A stretch of DNA of 64,000 nucleotides from an uncultured Candidatus Rokubacteria bacterium (lineage in GTDB: Bacteria; Methylomirabilota; Methylomirabilia; Rokubacteriales; CSP1-6): NCBI GenBank assembly GCA_963758635.1, contig CAVWWD010000003.1:416001-480000 (forward strand), in the 5' to 3' direction. Position 1 is the stretch's first letter; the number at the start of each line of letters is the position of its first letter. Below, one piece after another: positions 50,682-62,753 of this stretch. The translations under genes were made by a program, and so were the position numbers. The notes under the pieces were generated by a model that did not search any database, was not told the origin of the DNA, and was given only the letters and a program-made list of their open reading frames with translations.

Positions 50682-50696
50682 GCAAGGCACGTGCCA
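50682..50696 (-). promoter_or_regulatory. Sigma-54 promoter TGGCAC-N5-TTGC upstream of sodC
   Basis: Minus strand TGGCACGTGCCTTGC, ~24 nt before the start codon. Confidence 0.65.
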
Positions 50697-50858
50697 CGCC
50701 CGCGGGCGGCCGGCGGCGTCTGCGAAGTGAGCGGTTTGCCGTGGCGGGACGATCGTGGCGGCGCGGCCGTCGCGGGCCCCGGGGCCTTTTCACCGCGTCG
50801 TTTCGGCCGAGTGGAGCGCGGGCGGCGGGCGCGGCTCCGGCGCCCGCCGCCCGGGCCG

Positions 50859-52385
50859 TCACTTCGCCTTGAGCTTCAGGTCCTCGTAGGGGGCGGAGTA
50901 CGCGTGGCCGGCAATGAGGCCGAGCCCGGACTCCTGGACGCGCGGGCCCACCCCGTTGATGAAGGCGAGCTCCCAGATCGGGATGTGCATCACCTTCTCG
51001 TACATGAGCTGCTGGATCTTGTGCAGCAGGGCCTCGCGCTTCTTCCTGTCCAGCTCCGCGGCCTGGTCCTTGAAGAGCGCGTCGATGTCCGAGTAGCTGC
51101 CGTAGACGTACGCGCCGCCCGCGACCACGAAGGACTCGAGCCGCGTGGCCGCGTTGCCGAACGCGCCGCTCGCCGTGTACGCGAGGTTCTTGTACTTCTT
51201 GTCGCCGTAGCTGCTCCAGTGCGCCGCGCGCTCGATCGGCTTGAGCCGCGTGCGGATGCCGACCTGCTGCAGGTAGTTCGCGACGGCCTCCTGCACGTTG
51301 GCATACGCGATGTCCAGGTAGTAGTCGCCCGCGTCGAAGCCGTTCGGGTAGCCCGCCTCGGCGAGGAGCTTCTTGGCCTGCGCCACGTCGAACGGATAGG
51401 CCGGAGGCGCCCAGTAGAAGTCGAAGGTGCTCGGGATGATGCTGTGGGTGAGCCTCGAATGGCCGAGGGTGATCGCCTGGTTGATCGTCTTTCGGTCCAC
51501 CGCGAGGTTGGCGGCGAGGCGGACGCGCCGGTCGTGCCACGGCGACTTCGTGTCCCACTGATCGAGCAGGCTGATCCACTGCGGGGCCTGGATGACCGTG
51601 GGCTTGAGGGTGAGCCCAGGGGTCCGCTGGAGCTCCTCGGCCAGTTCCCCGCGGATCGAGTACACGACGTCGACCTCGCCGCGTTTGAGGGCGGCCAGGC
51701 GCGTGGACTCGTCGGAGATGACCTTGAACACGAGGCGCTTGACGCTCGGGGTCTTGCGCCAGTAGCCCTCGAACGCCTCCATGACCAGCTCGACGCCGGG
51801 CGTGAACGAGACGAACTTGTACGGCCCCGCCCCGACCGGCGCCTTCTTGAAGGCCTCGTCGCCGACCTTCTCCACGTGCTTCTTCGGCACGATCCAGCCC
51901 GCGCCGCTCGCCGCGGTGTAGAAGGTCATGAAGTCCGGCCACGGGGTCTTCAGCCGGAAGCGGACGTGCAGCGGGGTCGGCGTCTCGATCGCGGCCACCC
52001 GGTCCTTGATGGCCTTCGCGGCCGCGCCGCGATAGCGGTCGAACGAGAACTTCACGTCCTCGGCGGTGAGGGGATCACCGTTGTGGAACTTCACGCCCTT
52101 GCGCAGCGTGAAGTCGTAGACGCGGCCGTCGGCCGACACCTGCCAGGACTCGGCGAGCCCGGGCGCGGTCGCGTTGCCGGGCATGGCCTTGGCGATCGCG
52201 TCGTGGATCGCGTACATGACCATGAACGGCGTGATGAGCCCCTGGGTCTCCGCGGGGTCGAACCACGTCGGGGCCAGGGAGATGTGGACGCCCCACGTCA
52301 TCTGCCCTTCGGGCGCGGCCGCCGCCGGCGCGGCCACGGCCAGGAGTACGAGCAGGACGCAGGGGAGGAGACGGAGAGGACGCAT
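50859..52385 (-). CDS. Orphan family 5 ABC substrate-binding protein
   Basis: LAESW, FTLRKGVKFHNGD, GAGPYKF; AGGAGG RBS. Confidence 0.88.
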   Translation of the reverse strand: MRPLRLLPCVLLVLLAVAAPAAAAPEGQMTWGVHISLAPTWFDPAETQGLITPFMVMYAIHDAIAKAMPGNATAPGLAESWQVSADGRVYDFTLRKGVKFHNGDPLTAEDVKFSFDRYRGAAAKAIKDRVAAIETPTPLHVRFRLKTPWPDFMTFYTAASGAGWIVPKKHVEKVGDEAFKKAPVGAGPYKFVSFTPGVELVMEAFEGYWRKTPSVKRLVFKVISDESTRLAALKRGEVDVVYSIRGELAEELQRTPGLTLKPTVIQAPQWISLLDQWDTKSPWHDRRVRLAANLAVDRKTINQAITLGHSRLTHSIIPSTFDFYWAPPAYPFDVAQAKKLLAEAGYPNGFDAGDYYLDIAYANVQEAVANYLQQVGIRTRLKPIERAAHWSSYGDKKYKNLAYTASGAFGNAATRLESFVVAGGAYVYGSYSDIDALFKDQAAELDRKKREALLHKIQQLMYEKVMHIPIWELAFINGVGPRVQESGLGLIAGHAYSAPYEDLKLKAK

Positions 52386-52581
52386 CGATCGAACCTCCTG
52401 TTCTCTGACTGCGATTCGCAACGGGTCGAGCACGGAAACGAATCCCCGGACGGCCATCGTCCGGGGAGCCCGGCGCGGGCGCCCGCGCCGGGCTCGATCC
52501 TGCCTGCCGCATCGTCCAACGTCAAGGCGCGCGGGCCGGCCGGGCCGCCGCGCGCAGGTCTTCAGGACGCCTCGCGACGCG

Positions 52582-55500
52582 TCAGGCGCGACCGGAGAGG
52601 CTCGCCACCACGATGCCGAGCTCGGCGGGATCGACCGGCTTCGGGACGTGCATGCTGTAGCCCGCGGAGAGCGCGCGGAGGCGGTCCTGGACGCGGCCGT
52701 AGGCGGTGAGGGCGATGGCCGGCGTGCGGGCGAGCGCGGCGTCGTCGAGCGCCCGCAGCCGGCGGATGAGGCTGTAGCCGTCCTCGCCCGGCATCTCGAT
52801 GTCGGAGATCACCACGTCCGGCCGCCAGGCGTGGACCGCGTCGAGGCCCTCCGCGGCCGAGGCCCGGGTCATGACCTCGGCGCCGCTCTTGCGGAGGATG
52901 GCGGCGACCATCTCGAGACCGTCGCGGTCATCGTCCACCACGAGGACCCGCATCCCGTCGAGCGACGGGCCGGCGGCGGTCACGACGCCCCCGGCCGTGG
53001 GGTGCGCGCGAGCGCGGGGCTCCCGTCCGTCGGCCTCGTCGCCCGCGTGCGTCATGGCCACCGGCAGCGTCACCGTGAAGACGGCGCCCTGCCCGTCGCC
53101 GCGGCTGGCCGCGGCGACCGTCCCGCCGTGCAGCTCGACGAGGTGCCGCACGAGCGCGAGGCCCAGGCCGAGCCCGGTGTGCCGCCGCGTGGAGGTGCTG
53201 TCGCCCTGCTGGAACCGCTCGAACACGTGGGGAAGCACGTCGGCGGCGATGCCCTGGCCGCTGTCGCTCACCACGATCTCCACGTGCGCGTTCACACGCA
53301 GGAGGTCGACCTGCACGCGCCCGCCGCGGGGCGTGAACTTCACCGCGTTGATGAGCAGGTTCCACACCACCTGCTGCAGCCGGTCCGGGTCGCCGGTGAT
53401 CGGGCCCGCGCGCGGGTCGAGAACGGTCTGCATGCGGAGCGACTTGGCGTCGGCCGCGGGCCGGACGGCGTCGAGGGCGGCCTCGACCACCGCCCCGAGG
53501 TCCACGGGGCGCACGTCCAGGCGCATCTTGCCCGTCACGATGCGCGACACGTCCAGCATGTCGTCGATGAGCTGCACCTGCGCGTTGGCGTTGCGCATGA
53601 TGACGTCGAGGGCCTGAGTGACGCGGCCTCGCCCTGCACGACGCCGGCCCGCAGCATGCGAGCCCAGCCGTACACCGCGTTCAGCGGGGTGCGCAGCTCG
53701 TGCGAGAGCACGGCGAGGAACTCGTCCTTGGCCCGGCTCGCCGACTCGGCGGCGGCGCGCGCCCGCTGCTCCTGCTCGAGCAGGGCGCGCCGCTCGGCGT
53801 CGGCGCGCGCACGCAGCTCCTTGAGCTTCAGGTGAGCCTCGACGCGCGCCACGAGCTCGCGCGCCGAGAACGGCTTGGTCACGTAGTCGTCGGCGCCCGC
53901 CTGCAGACCCTCGACGCGGGCCTCCTCGCCGGCGCGGGCGGACAGGAGGATGACGGGGATGTCCCGCGTGGCGGGGTCGGCGCGCACCGCGGCGAGGAGC
54001 TCGAAGCCGCCGAGGCCCGGCATCATCACGTCGGCGAGCACGAGGTCCGGCCGGCGCGCGCGGACGGCGGTGAGGGCCGCCGCGCCGTCTCCCACCGCCT
54101 CGACGGCCCAGCGCGCGCGGAGCAGGCGGACGACGTACTCGCGCATGTCCGCGTTGTCGTCGGCGACGAGCACCCGCGGCGCGTCGCCGGCCCCTTGCAC
54201 GTCGCCTCCGAGCGTGGGCTCGGGACCGGGGTCCAGGGCGGCGTCCGGCTCCCAGCCGAGGGCCTCCTCGACGAAGAGGCCGGCCAGGCCGGACGGCGCG
54301 GTGGCCGCCGGGGCCGCCGCGACCTGATCGGCGGGCAGGTGGCCGGCGCCTCGCGGCAGCGCAACGGTGAACGTGGTCCCCTGATCCGGCGCGCTCTCCA
54401 CGCGGACCTCGCCGCCGTGCAGGCGCACGAGCTCCTGCACGAGCGCCAGGCCGATGCCCGAGCCCTCGTGCGTGCGCGCGCGCACGCTCTCCACGCGATG
54501 GAAGCGGTCGAAGATCCGGTCGAGCTCGGCGGGGGCGATGCCGATGCCGGTGTCCCGCACGCGGAGCTCGACGTCGGCGCCGCGGTCGGCGAGCGCGACC
54601 GTGATCGTGCCCTCGAACGTGAACTTGAACGCGTTCGACAGGAGGTTCAGGACGATCTTCTCCCACATCTCCCGGTCGACGTACACGGGCTCGAGGCCGG
54701 CCGGGCGCCTGCACGTCGAGCGCGAGGCCGGCGTGCTCGATCGCCGACCGGAACACCGCGGCGAGGTCCGCGGTGAGCGCGCCCAGGTCGGTCGGCTCGT
54801 AGGTGGCCCGATGACGGCCCGCCTGGATCCTCGAGAAGTCGAGCAGGGTGTTGACGAGCTTGAGGAGGCGGCGGCCGCTCCGGTGGACGACGGCGAGGAC
54901 CTCGTGGTCCTCCGCGCGCCAGGCGTCGGGCGGGCGCGCGAGCAGGTCCTCGAGCGGGCCGAGCATGAGGGTCAGCGGCGTCCGGAACTCGTGGCTGACG
55001 TTGCTGAAGAACGTGGTCTTCGCCCGGTCCAGCTCGGCGAGGGCCTCGGCCCGCTTCCGCTCCTCCTCGTAGGACGAGGCCTGCGTCAGGGCCGTGCCGA
55101 CCTGCGTGGCGACCAGTTCCAGGAAGTCGCGGTAGTCGCCCTCCAGGGCGAGAAAGCGGCTCGTCCCCGTGATCATGAACGCGACGCACTCGCCTCCCCG
55201 GAGCACCGGGCTGGACCAGCGTGGCGCGCGGCGCGGCGTCCGGAGGCAGCTCGGCGCCGGCGGCCGCGGGAAGCGTGTCGAGGACGAGCGCCCGACCGCT
55301 CCGCGTGACCTCGCCGAGGGACCAGCGGGCATCGTCGAGCGCGATCGACGGGGGGTGGAGCGCGCCGCCGGCCGTGACGCCCACGACGCCGGCGGCGCGC
55401 GCGGCGGCGCCGTCCGACGAGGTACAGGCTCACGAACGGAAGGTCCTTCGGATTCGAGCCGAGCGCGGCGAGCGCCAGCTCGCATGCCTCGGACACCGAC

Positions 55501-56070
55501 CGGCCCTCCTTGGCGCGGCCGAGGTCGCGGAGCGTGCGGAGGCGGCGCTCGCTCAGGACCCGGCCCGTGGTCTCGCTGACGATGCAGAAGACGCCACCCA
55601 CCTTGCCCGACTCGTCGCGCACGGGATCGTACGAGACGTCGAAGTACGTCTCCTCGGCGAACCCGCGGCGCTCGAGGTAGAAGGGGTGATCGCCGGCGCG
55701 GAACGCCTCGCCCGTCGCGACCACGCCCTCCAGCAACGGGCCCAGCACGTCCCAGATCTCGCTCCACACCTCGCGCGCGGGCCGGCCGAGAGCCCACGGA
55801 TGCTTGCGATCGAGCACCGGGATGTACGCGTCGTTGTAGAGCTTGATGAGATCTCGTCCCCAGAAGAGGCAGATCTGGGCCTTCGAGGGGAGCAGGATGC
55901 TGACGGCGCTGCGCAGGCTCTGCGGCCATGTGGCGGTGGGACCGGCGGGCGTCCCTGTCCAGTCGAGGCGGCGGATGCGGTCGCCCATCTCGCCGCCGCC
56001 GGCGAGCCAGGCGGCGGCGCTGTCGCTGATCGGGAGCCGATCGTCATCCATGTTGGGTGTGGCCACGCGT
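52582..56070 (-). CDS. Cytoplasmic hybrid histidine kinase (PAS/GAF-HK-REC-HK-REC); several frameshifts; start GTG 56070 or ATG 56052
   Basis: [39 protein letters not shown]. Confidence 0.85.
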
Positions 56071-56209
56071 GGACAGTATAGGAGCGACCGTTCGGGCCGC
56101 CAAGGCGTCCGCACGGCCGCTCCGAGTAAAAACTCCCCACCGTCTATTCGTCAGCTCGTCCGGAACGCTGGCGCGGACGCGAAGACGGATCTACGATCGA
56201 TCGTCGAGC

Positions 56210-58502
56210 ATGAGCGCGCGCGATTCCGCTGGCCCGGGCGTTCCCCTTCGTCGACGGCTGTTGCTGCTCGCGGGAGCGGGGATCGTGCCGATCGCCATCA
56301 TGTCCGGCATCGGCCTCTACGCGCTCGCGCAGCAGCAGCGGTTCCAGGCCGAGCGCGTCGGACGGGAGCTGACGCGTGCGGTCGCCACCGCCGTCGACGG
56401 CGAGCTGCGCAGCAGCGTGTCCGTGCTCTTGGCGCTTGCCACGAGCCACACCCTCGATCGTCCCGACCTGCCGGCGTTCTCCGCGCGCGCGGAGCGCGTG
56501 CTGAAGACCCAGCCGCACTGGCTCGCGCTGACGTTGGTCTCCCCCGCCGGCGCGCCGATCGTCGACACGCGGCAGGGGCCGGGCGAGGTGTTTCCCTCGC
56601 TTGTCGAGCCGCTGAGCTTCGACCGCGTCGTGCGCACGCGCGCACCCGCCGTCGGCAGCCTCGCCCGGCAGGCCGACGGCACGCTCCTGTTCACGGTCCG
56701 AGCGCCGGTGACGCGCGACGGCGCGCTGCGCTACGTGGTAAGCGCGCTGGTGAAGCCCGCGAACATTCGGGACGTGGTCGTCCGACACGGCATCCCGGAC
56801 GACTGGGTGCTTTCGATCTTCGACGCCAACGGGCGGCGCGTGGCGCGTTCGCGAGCCCACGAGGAAAACCTCGGCGGCGAGGCATCGCCCACCGTGCGCG
56901 CGCTGATGGCGGGCGGCGGCCGGGACGGCTTCGGCGAGACGTACGCGCTGGAGGGAGACCGGATCTACACCGCGTACAGCCGGATCGAGCCGAGCGGCTG
57001 GACGGCCGCCCTCGGTCTGCCCGCCGGCATCGTGGAGGCCGCCCGGTATCGCTCCCTGGCCGTGTACGGCGGCGGCATCCTGCTGTCGATCGTTTTGGGC
57101 ACGCTGGCGGCCATCCTGGTCGCGCGGAGCATCAATCGTCCCATCGCGGATCTGCGCGCGGCGGCGCAGGCGCTGGGCCGGCGCGAGCCGCTCGCGGTGC
57201 CGGACACGTCGATCCAGGAGATCCGCGAGGTCGCGGCCACGCTCGCCGCGGCCGGCGAGGAGCGCATGCGAGCCGAGGCCGGCCGCGAGGACCTCCTCCG
57301 GCGTGAGCAGGAGGCCCGCGCCGTCGCCGAGTCCGCCGACCGCGCGAAGGACGAGTTCCTCGCCGTGCTCTCGCACGAGCTGCGCACGCCGCTCAACGCG
57401 GTGTACGGCTGGGCGCGCATGCTCCGGACCGGGCAGATCCGGGACGCCGAGCAGGTCACGCGCGCCCTCGAGGTCATCGAGCGCAACGCCAACGCCCAGG
57501 TGCAGCTCGTGGACGACCTGCTCGACGTCTCACGCGTGATCACGGGGAAGATGCGGCTCAACGTCCGCAGCGTCGACCTCCGCGGCGTCATCGAGGCGGC
57601 GCTCGACGCGATGCGGCCGGCCGCGGACGCGAAGGGGTTGCGCGTGCACACCCTGCTCGATCCGCGCGCGGGTCCGATCACGGGGGATCCGGACCGCCTG
57701 CAGCAGGTGATGTGGAACCTCCTCAGCAACGCGGTGAAGTTCACGCCCCGCGGGGGACAGGTGCAGATCCACCTGCAGCGCAGCAACTCGCACGTCGAGA
57801 TCGTCGTGAGCGACACCGGGCAGGGGATCCCTCCCTCCGTGCGGCCCATGATTTTCGAGCGGTTTCGCCAGGCCGACAGCTCGAGCACGCGGCCGCACAG
57901 CGGCCTCGGGCTCGGGCTGGCCCTGGTCAAGCACCTCGTCGAGCTGCACGGCGGCGGCATCGAGGCGCAGAGCGCGGGCGAAGGACGGGGCGCCACGTTC
58001 GTCGTGCGGCTCCCGCTCGCCATCGCCGACATCCCCGCCACGCCGGCGCCGCGCGTCCACCCGACCGCCGTCTCGCTCGACAAGCTCCCGGGCGGCGTCC
58101 GCCTCGATGGTCTCCGCGTGCTGCTGGTGGACGACGACGCCGACTCCGTGGACCTCGCCGCCGCGATTCTCGCCGGCTCCGGGGCCGAGGTGCGGACGTG
58201 TCGATCGGCGGCCGAGGCCTTCGCCGCGGTGCGCGCGTGGCGGCCCGATGTCCTCGTGTCGGACATCGAGATGCCGGAGGAGAACGGCTACTCGCTGATC
58301 CGCCGGGTACGCTCGCTGGAACGTCAGCGCGGGCGGGAAGACGCCTGCCGTCGCGCTCACCGCCTACGGGCGGATGCAGGACCGGGTGCAGTCGCTGGCC
58401 GCCGGCTACAACATGCACGTCCCGAAGCCCGTGGATCCCGGAGAGCTGACGACGATCGTGGCGAGCCTCGCCGCGCGCCCTTCGAGGCTTCCCGCCCGCT
58501 GA
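56210..58502 (+). CDS. Membrane hybrid histidine kinase (Cache-like sensor-HK-REC); frameshift near 58325
   Basis: Two TMs, [34 protein letters not shown]. Confidence 0.88.
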
Positions 58503-58539
58503 CGAGTCCGGCGACGTCAGGCCCCCCGACGATCGCCGA

Positions 58540-59436
58540 TCAGGCGAGGCTGGCGACGGCGGCGCGAAACTCCTGGAGCTTCGCGAGGTGCTGGGCGGGG
58601 AAGGTCAGTCCGGCGCCGCGCGCCTCGGCGATGAGGCTCGCGGCGCCGAGCGCGCGCCACTGGCGCGCCTGGGCCACCCATCCCGTCGCGTCCTGGCCGG
58701 CGAGGCGCACGCGGCCCTCGAGCGGCAGGCGCGCCGGATCCCGTCCGGCCTCGCGCGCGTAGGCGTGCACGCGCGCGACGAGCGCGCGGCCCCCCTCGTC
58801 GGGCGAGAAGTTCGGGCTCCAGCCGTCGGCCAGCCGCGCGACGCGCTTGAGCACGGCCTCCGGGGGATGGGGCTGCTCGCGGCTGCCCACGCCGAACCAG
58901 ACCGGGATCGGCCGCTGGACCGGCATGGGATTCAGGCCGGCGTGGCTGATGCGGTGCCACTTGCCGGCGAAGTCCACGACCTCCTGGGTCCACAGGGCGC
59001 GCATCACCTCCACCTGCTCGGCGCACCGCGCGCCGCGGTCGTCGAAGGGCAGGCCCAGCGCCTCGTACTCGACGGCGTTCCAGCCGACGCCGATGCCCAG
59101 GCGCAGGCGGCCGCCGCTCAGCACGTCGATCTCCGCGGCCTGCTTCGCGACGAGGGCGGTCTGGCGCTGCGGGAGGATCAGGATGCCGGTGGCGAGGCCG
59201 ATCCGGCGGGTCCGGGCGGCGAGATAGGCGAGCAGCGTGAGCGTCTCGTGCACCACCGCCCGATGCGAGTAGGTGGCGAGCGACGGGTGCTGGTGGTGCC
59301 TCGGGTCGGCGCCGAGCACGTGGTCGGCCACGAAGAGGTGGTCGTAGCCCATCGCCTCCACGGCCTGGACGTACTCCGTGATGGCGCCCACGTCGGTGCC
59401 GCACTCGGTCTGGGGGAAGATCGCGCCGAGGTTCAT
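58540..59436 (-). CDS. LLM-class (F420-type) oxidoreductase
   Basis: ADHV, ILILPQRQTALVAKQAA, GIGVGWN..EY. Confidence 0.85.
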   Translation of the reverse strand: MNLGAIFPQTECGTDVGAITEYVQAVEAMGYDHLFVADHVLGADPRHHQHPSLATYSHRAVVHETLTLLAYLAARTRRIGLATGILILPQRQTALVAKQAAEIDVLSGGRLRLGIGVGWNAVEYEALGLPFDDRGARCAEQVEVMRALWTQEVVDFAGKWHRISHAGLNPMPVQRPIPVWFGVGSREQPHPPEAVLKRVARLADGWSPNFSPDEGGRALVARVHAYAREAGRDPARLPLEGRVRLAGQDATGWVAQARQWRALGAASLIAEARGAGLTFPAQHLAKLQEFRAAVASLA

Positions 59437-59443
59437 GCCCGCG

Positions 59444-59473
59444 ATCGTGCGCCGGGCCGCGGCCCGGAGTCAA
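59444..59473 (-). promoter_or_regulatory. Candidate leaderless promoter TTGACT-N18-CACGAT, 7 nt before ATG
   Basis: Good -35; no Shine-Dalgarno before the ATG at 59436. Confidence 0.4.
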
Positions 59474-59612
59474 TGCGCGCCGCCCCCACCGCGACGCGAG
59501 TGGTCCCGTCCCTCGCGGCGTGGCGCTCGCGGGCTTCGCCTTGACTCCGCGCCCGGGCCGGTAGAGCCTCGGAGCGCGGCTCGACGACCACGGCCGGACG
59601 GAGGGAGGCCAC

Positions 59613-59753
59613 ATGACGGGTTGTCTCGACGGTATCCGCGTCCTGGAGCTGGCCCGCTTTCAGGCCGGGCCCCGCGGCGGCATGCTGGCGCGCGTCCTCG
59701 GCTAGGACGCGGCGGCCATCGCCGACCTCCGCGCTGCCGGCGCGATCGCGTGA
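59613..59753 (+). pseudogene. Internally deleted CaiB/BaiF (family III CoA-transferase) remnant
   Basis: GGGAGG RBS; MTGCLDGIRVLELARFQAGPRGGML joined to ARVLG*DAAAIADLRAAGAIA*. Confidence 0.75.
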
Positions 59754-60884
59754 ACATCGCCGCCGTCGAGGTCTTCGTCCTCGAGTTCCCGTTCCGGGCG
59801 ACCTTCGTGCTCGCGGGCGGCGTCGCGGGCAGCCCGGGCGCGCGGTCCGCGCGCGTGCTCGTGAAGGTCACGTCCGGAGGACGGCGCCGCCGGATGGGGC
59901 GAGGCGACGCCCACGCCGCGCTGGACCTACGAGACCACCGAGACCATCGTCAGCACGCTCCGCGGCTACCTGGCGCCGGCGGTCATCGGGATGCCGGCGT
60001 GGGACCTCGACGGCGTGCACCGCGCCATGGACCGCGCGATCAACCCCGGCGTCACCATGGGCTCGCCGCTGGCCAAGTCGGCGATCGACGTGGCCCTCCA
60101 CGACCTCGTCGCGCGCGCCCGCGGGATCCCGCTCTACCAGCTCCTCGGGCGCCGGCGCCGGACGACGTGCGACCTCACGTGGATGGTCACGCTCGAGAAG
60201 CCGGCGGAGGCCGAGCGCGTCGTCGCCGAGGGGCTCGAGGCGGGCTACGACTGCTTCGACGTGAAGGTCGGCATGCATGGCGAGGCGGGCGACCTGGACC
60301 TCGTCCGGCGCGTGCGGCACGCGGCGGGCGAGCGCCTCGTCCAGGTGGACGCCAACCGCGGCTACCGGCTCGACGCCGCCATCCGCCAGGCCCGGCGCTT
60401 CGAGGACCTGGACATCGCGCTGTTCGAGCAGCCGCTGGACGGGCTCAACCTGTCCGGGTTCCGGCGGCTCGTCGCGTCCACGTCCACGCCGATCGGCATC
60501 GACGAGACGCTCAGATCGCTGCCCGACCTGATCGAGTACGTCCGCGCCGACGCCCTCACCGTGGCCGTGGCCAAGGTGCAGCGAAACGGCGGGCTCTGGT
60601 ACTCGCGCCAGCTGTGCGAGGTGGCGGGAGCGGCCGGGCTCGGGCTCTCCCTCTCCGGCCTGACCGAGACCGACCTGGGACTGGCGGCGGGGCTGCACCT
60701 GGCCGCCGCGTTCGACATCAGTCCGCTCCAGCTGAACGGGCCCCAGTTCATCGAGACGACGTTCCTGCGCGAGCGGCTGTGGACGGGCGGCGGGCGCGTC
60801 ACGGTGCCCGAGGGCCCGGGGCTGGGCGTCGAGGTGGACGAGGCCTACGTCCGCGCGCACGCCGTGACCGTGCGCATGCCCTGA
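59750..60884 (+). CDS. Mandelate racemase/muconate lactonizing enzyme family; frameshift near 59880
   Basis: GWGEA, AKSAIDVALHDL, VDANRG, FEQP, IDE, GPGLGVEVD. Confidence 0.85.
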
Positions 60885-61644
60885 ATGCGCGCCTGGCTCG
60901 TCGCCCGCGCGCCGTCGGTCGGCCTGTTCCTGGGCGTGCTCGTCCTCTGGCAGGTGGCGTCCACGAGCCTGGGGCTGCGCGAGTACATCCTCCCGAGGCC
61001 GGCCGCCGTCGTCGCGCGCGCTCACCGCGGGGGAGATCCCGTGGCTCGCGCACGCCGGCACCACCGCGCTCGAGATCGTGGGCGCGTTCGTCCTCGCCGG
61101 CGCCTCCGGCGTGGCCCTCGGCGTCGCCATCGCCTGGTCGCCGCTCCTCGCCAGCGCGCTCGTGCCGTTCCTCGTGTTCGTCAACACGCTTCCGAAGGTG
61201 GCGGTGGCGCCGCTGTTCCTGCTGTGGCTCGGCTACGGCATCCTGCCCAACATGCTCATCGGCGCCCTCATCGGCTTCTTCCCGGTGGTGATCAACACCG
61301 CGGTGGGCCTGACCCAGGTCGATCCCGAGATGCTCGACCTCGGGCGCGTGTTCAACGCGCCGAAGTGGAAGGTCTTCGCCAAGATCCGCATCCCCAACGC
61401 GTATCCCTACATCCTGAGCGCGCTCAAGGTGACGGCCACCGCCGCCGTCGTCGGCGTGATCGTGGGGGAGTTCGTGGCCTCCCAGCGAGGGCTCGGCTAC
61501 GTCATCATCACGTCGCAGGGCAGCATGAACACGCCGGTGGCCTTCGCGGCCCTGGTCTGGATCTCCGTGGTCGGCCTCGCCGTGTACGGCGCCGTGGTCC
61601 TCGCCGCGCGCTGGATCGCTCCGTGGGCCGAGGTGCCGGACTGA
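60885..61644 (+). CDS. NitT/TauT ABC permease; frameshift near 61020
   Basis: PKVAVAPL, FFPVVINT, GEFVASQRGLGY. Confidence 0.85.
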
Positions 61645-61673
61645 CATCGCTGGATGACATCAAGGAGGAGCCC

Positions 61674-62685
61674 ATGACGCGTCTTCTCGCCGTCGCCGTG
61701 ATGCTCGTTGCCGCCGCCCTCGGGTCCGCGCCGCCCGCCGCCGCGCAGGCGCCCGAGAAGGTCGTGTTCGCCCTGAACTGGTTCGCGGTGGGCGACCACG
61801 CCGCGTACTGGGTGGCCCTCGAGAAGGGCTACTACAAGGCCCGCGGCCTGGACGTGGAGCTCCAGAACTCCAAGGGCTCGGGCGACTCGATCGCCAAGGT
61901 CGACACCGGGCGCGCGGACATCGGCCTGGCCGACAGCGCGGTGGTGATCGCCGCGGTGGGGCGCGGCGGCAAGGTGAAGGTGGTGGGCATGGTGTTCGAC
62001 AAGACGCCGCTCAACATCTGGAGCCGGAAGGAGGCGCCGATCACCCGGCCCAAGGACCTCGAGGGCAAGACGATCGGCGCGCCGCCCGGCGACGGCCAGC
62101 GCCAGGTCTTCCCCGCCTTCGCCAAGCTCCACGGCATCGACCAGGCGAAGGTGACGTGGGTCAACATCGAGCCCGCGGCCAAGGTGCCCGCGCTCGCCGA
62201 GAAGCGCGTGGACTCGGTGGCCGACTACACCACGGGGCTGCCGTTCTACGAGAAGGCCATGGGCAAGGGCAACGCGATCATGATGCCGTGGGCCGACCAC
62301 GGCTTCGACATGTACAGCATGTCGATCATCGCCAGCGAGAAGACGATGAAGGACCGGCCCGAAGGTGCTGCGCGCCTTCCTCGAGGCGTCCTACATGGGC
62401 TGGCGCGACGTGATGGACGACCCGAAGTCCGCGCTCGAGATCTTCAAGAAGCGCGTGCCCGAGATCGACCTGGCGATCATCGAGCCCAACATGAAGATGG
62501 GGCTCGACCTGATGAAGACCGACCGCTACGCGAAGAACGGCATCGGCTGGATGGAGGAGAAGAAGATGTGCCAGTCGGTGGACCTGGTGAACACCTACAT
62601 GGGCGTGCCGGCCAAGGTCGAGTGCAAGGCCGTCTTCACCAACGAGTTCCTGACGAAGATCGACCTGCCCAAGAGCATGCGCTGA
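61674..62685 (+). CDS. NitT/TauT (NMT1-like) ABC substrate-binding protein; frameshift near 62360
   Basis: AAGGAGGAG RBS, signal peptide, LNWF, KGYYKARGLDV, PKDLEGK. Confidence 0.85.
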
Positions 62686-62753
62686 GCGCGGCGCCGGGCG
62701 CGCCCGGCCCCGCCGGGACGGGCGCGCCCTTCATCGTCCTCGATCGGGTGGCG

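Noticed and set aside
59703..59705. In-frame TAG as pyrrolysine or read-through
   Set aside because: Lies in a deleted remnant; no pyl genes seen and TAG is a normal stop elsewhere in the window
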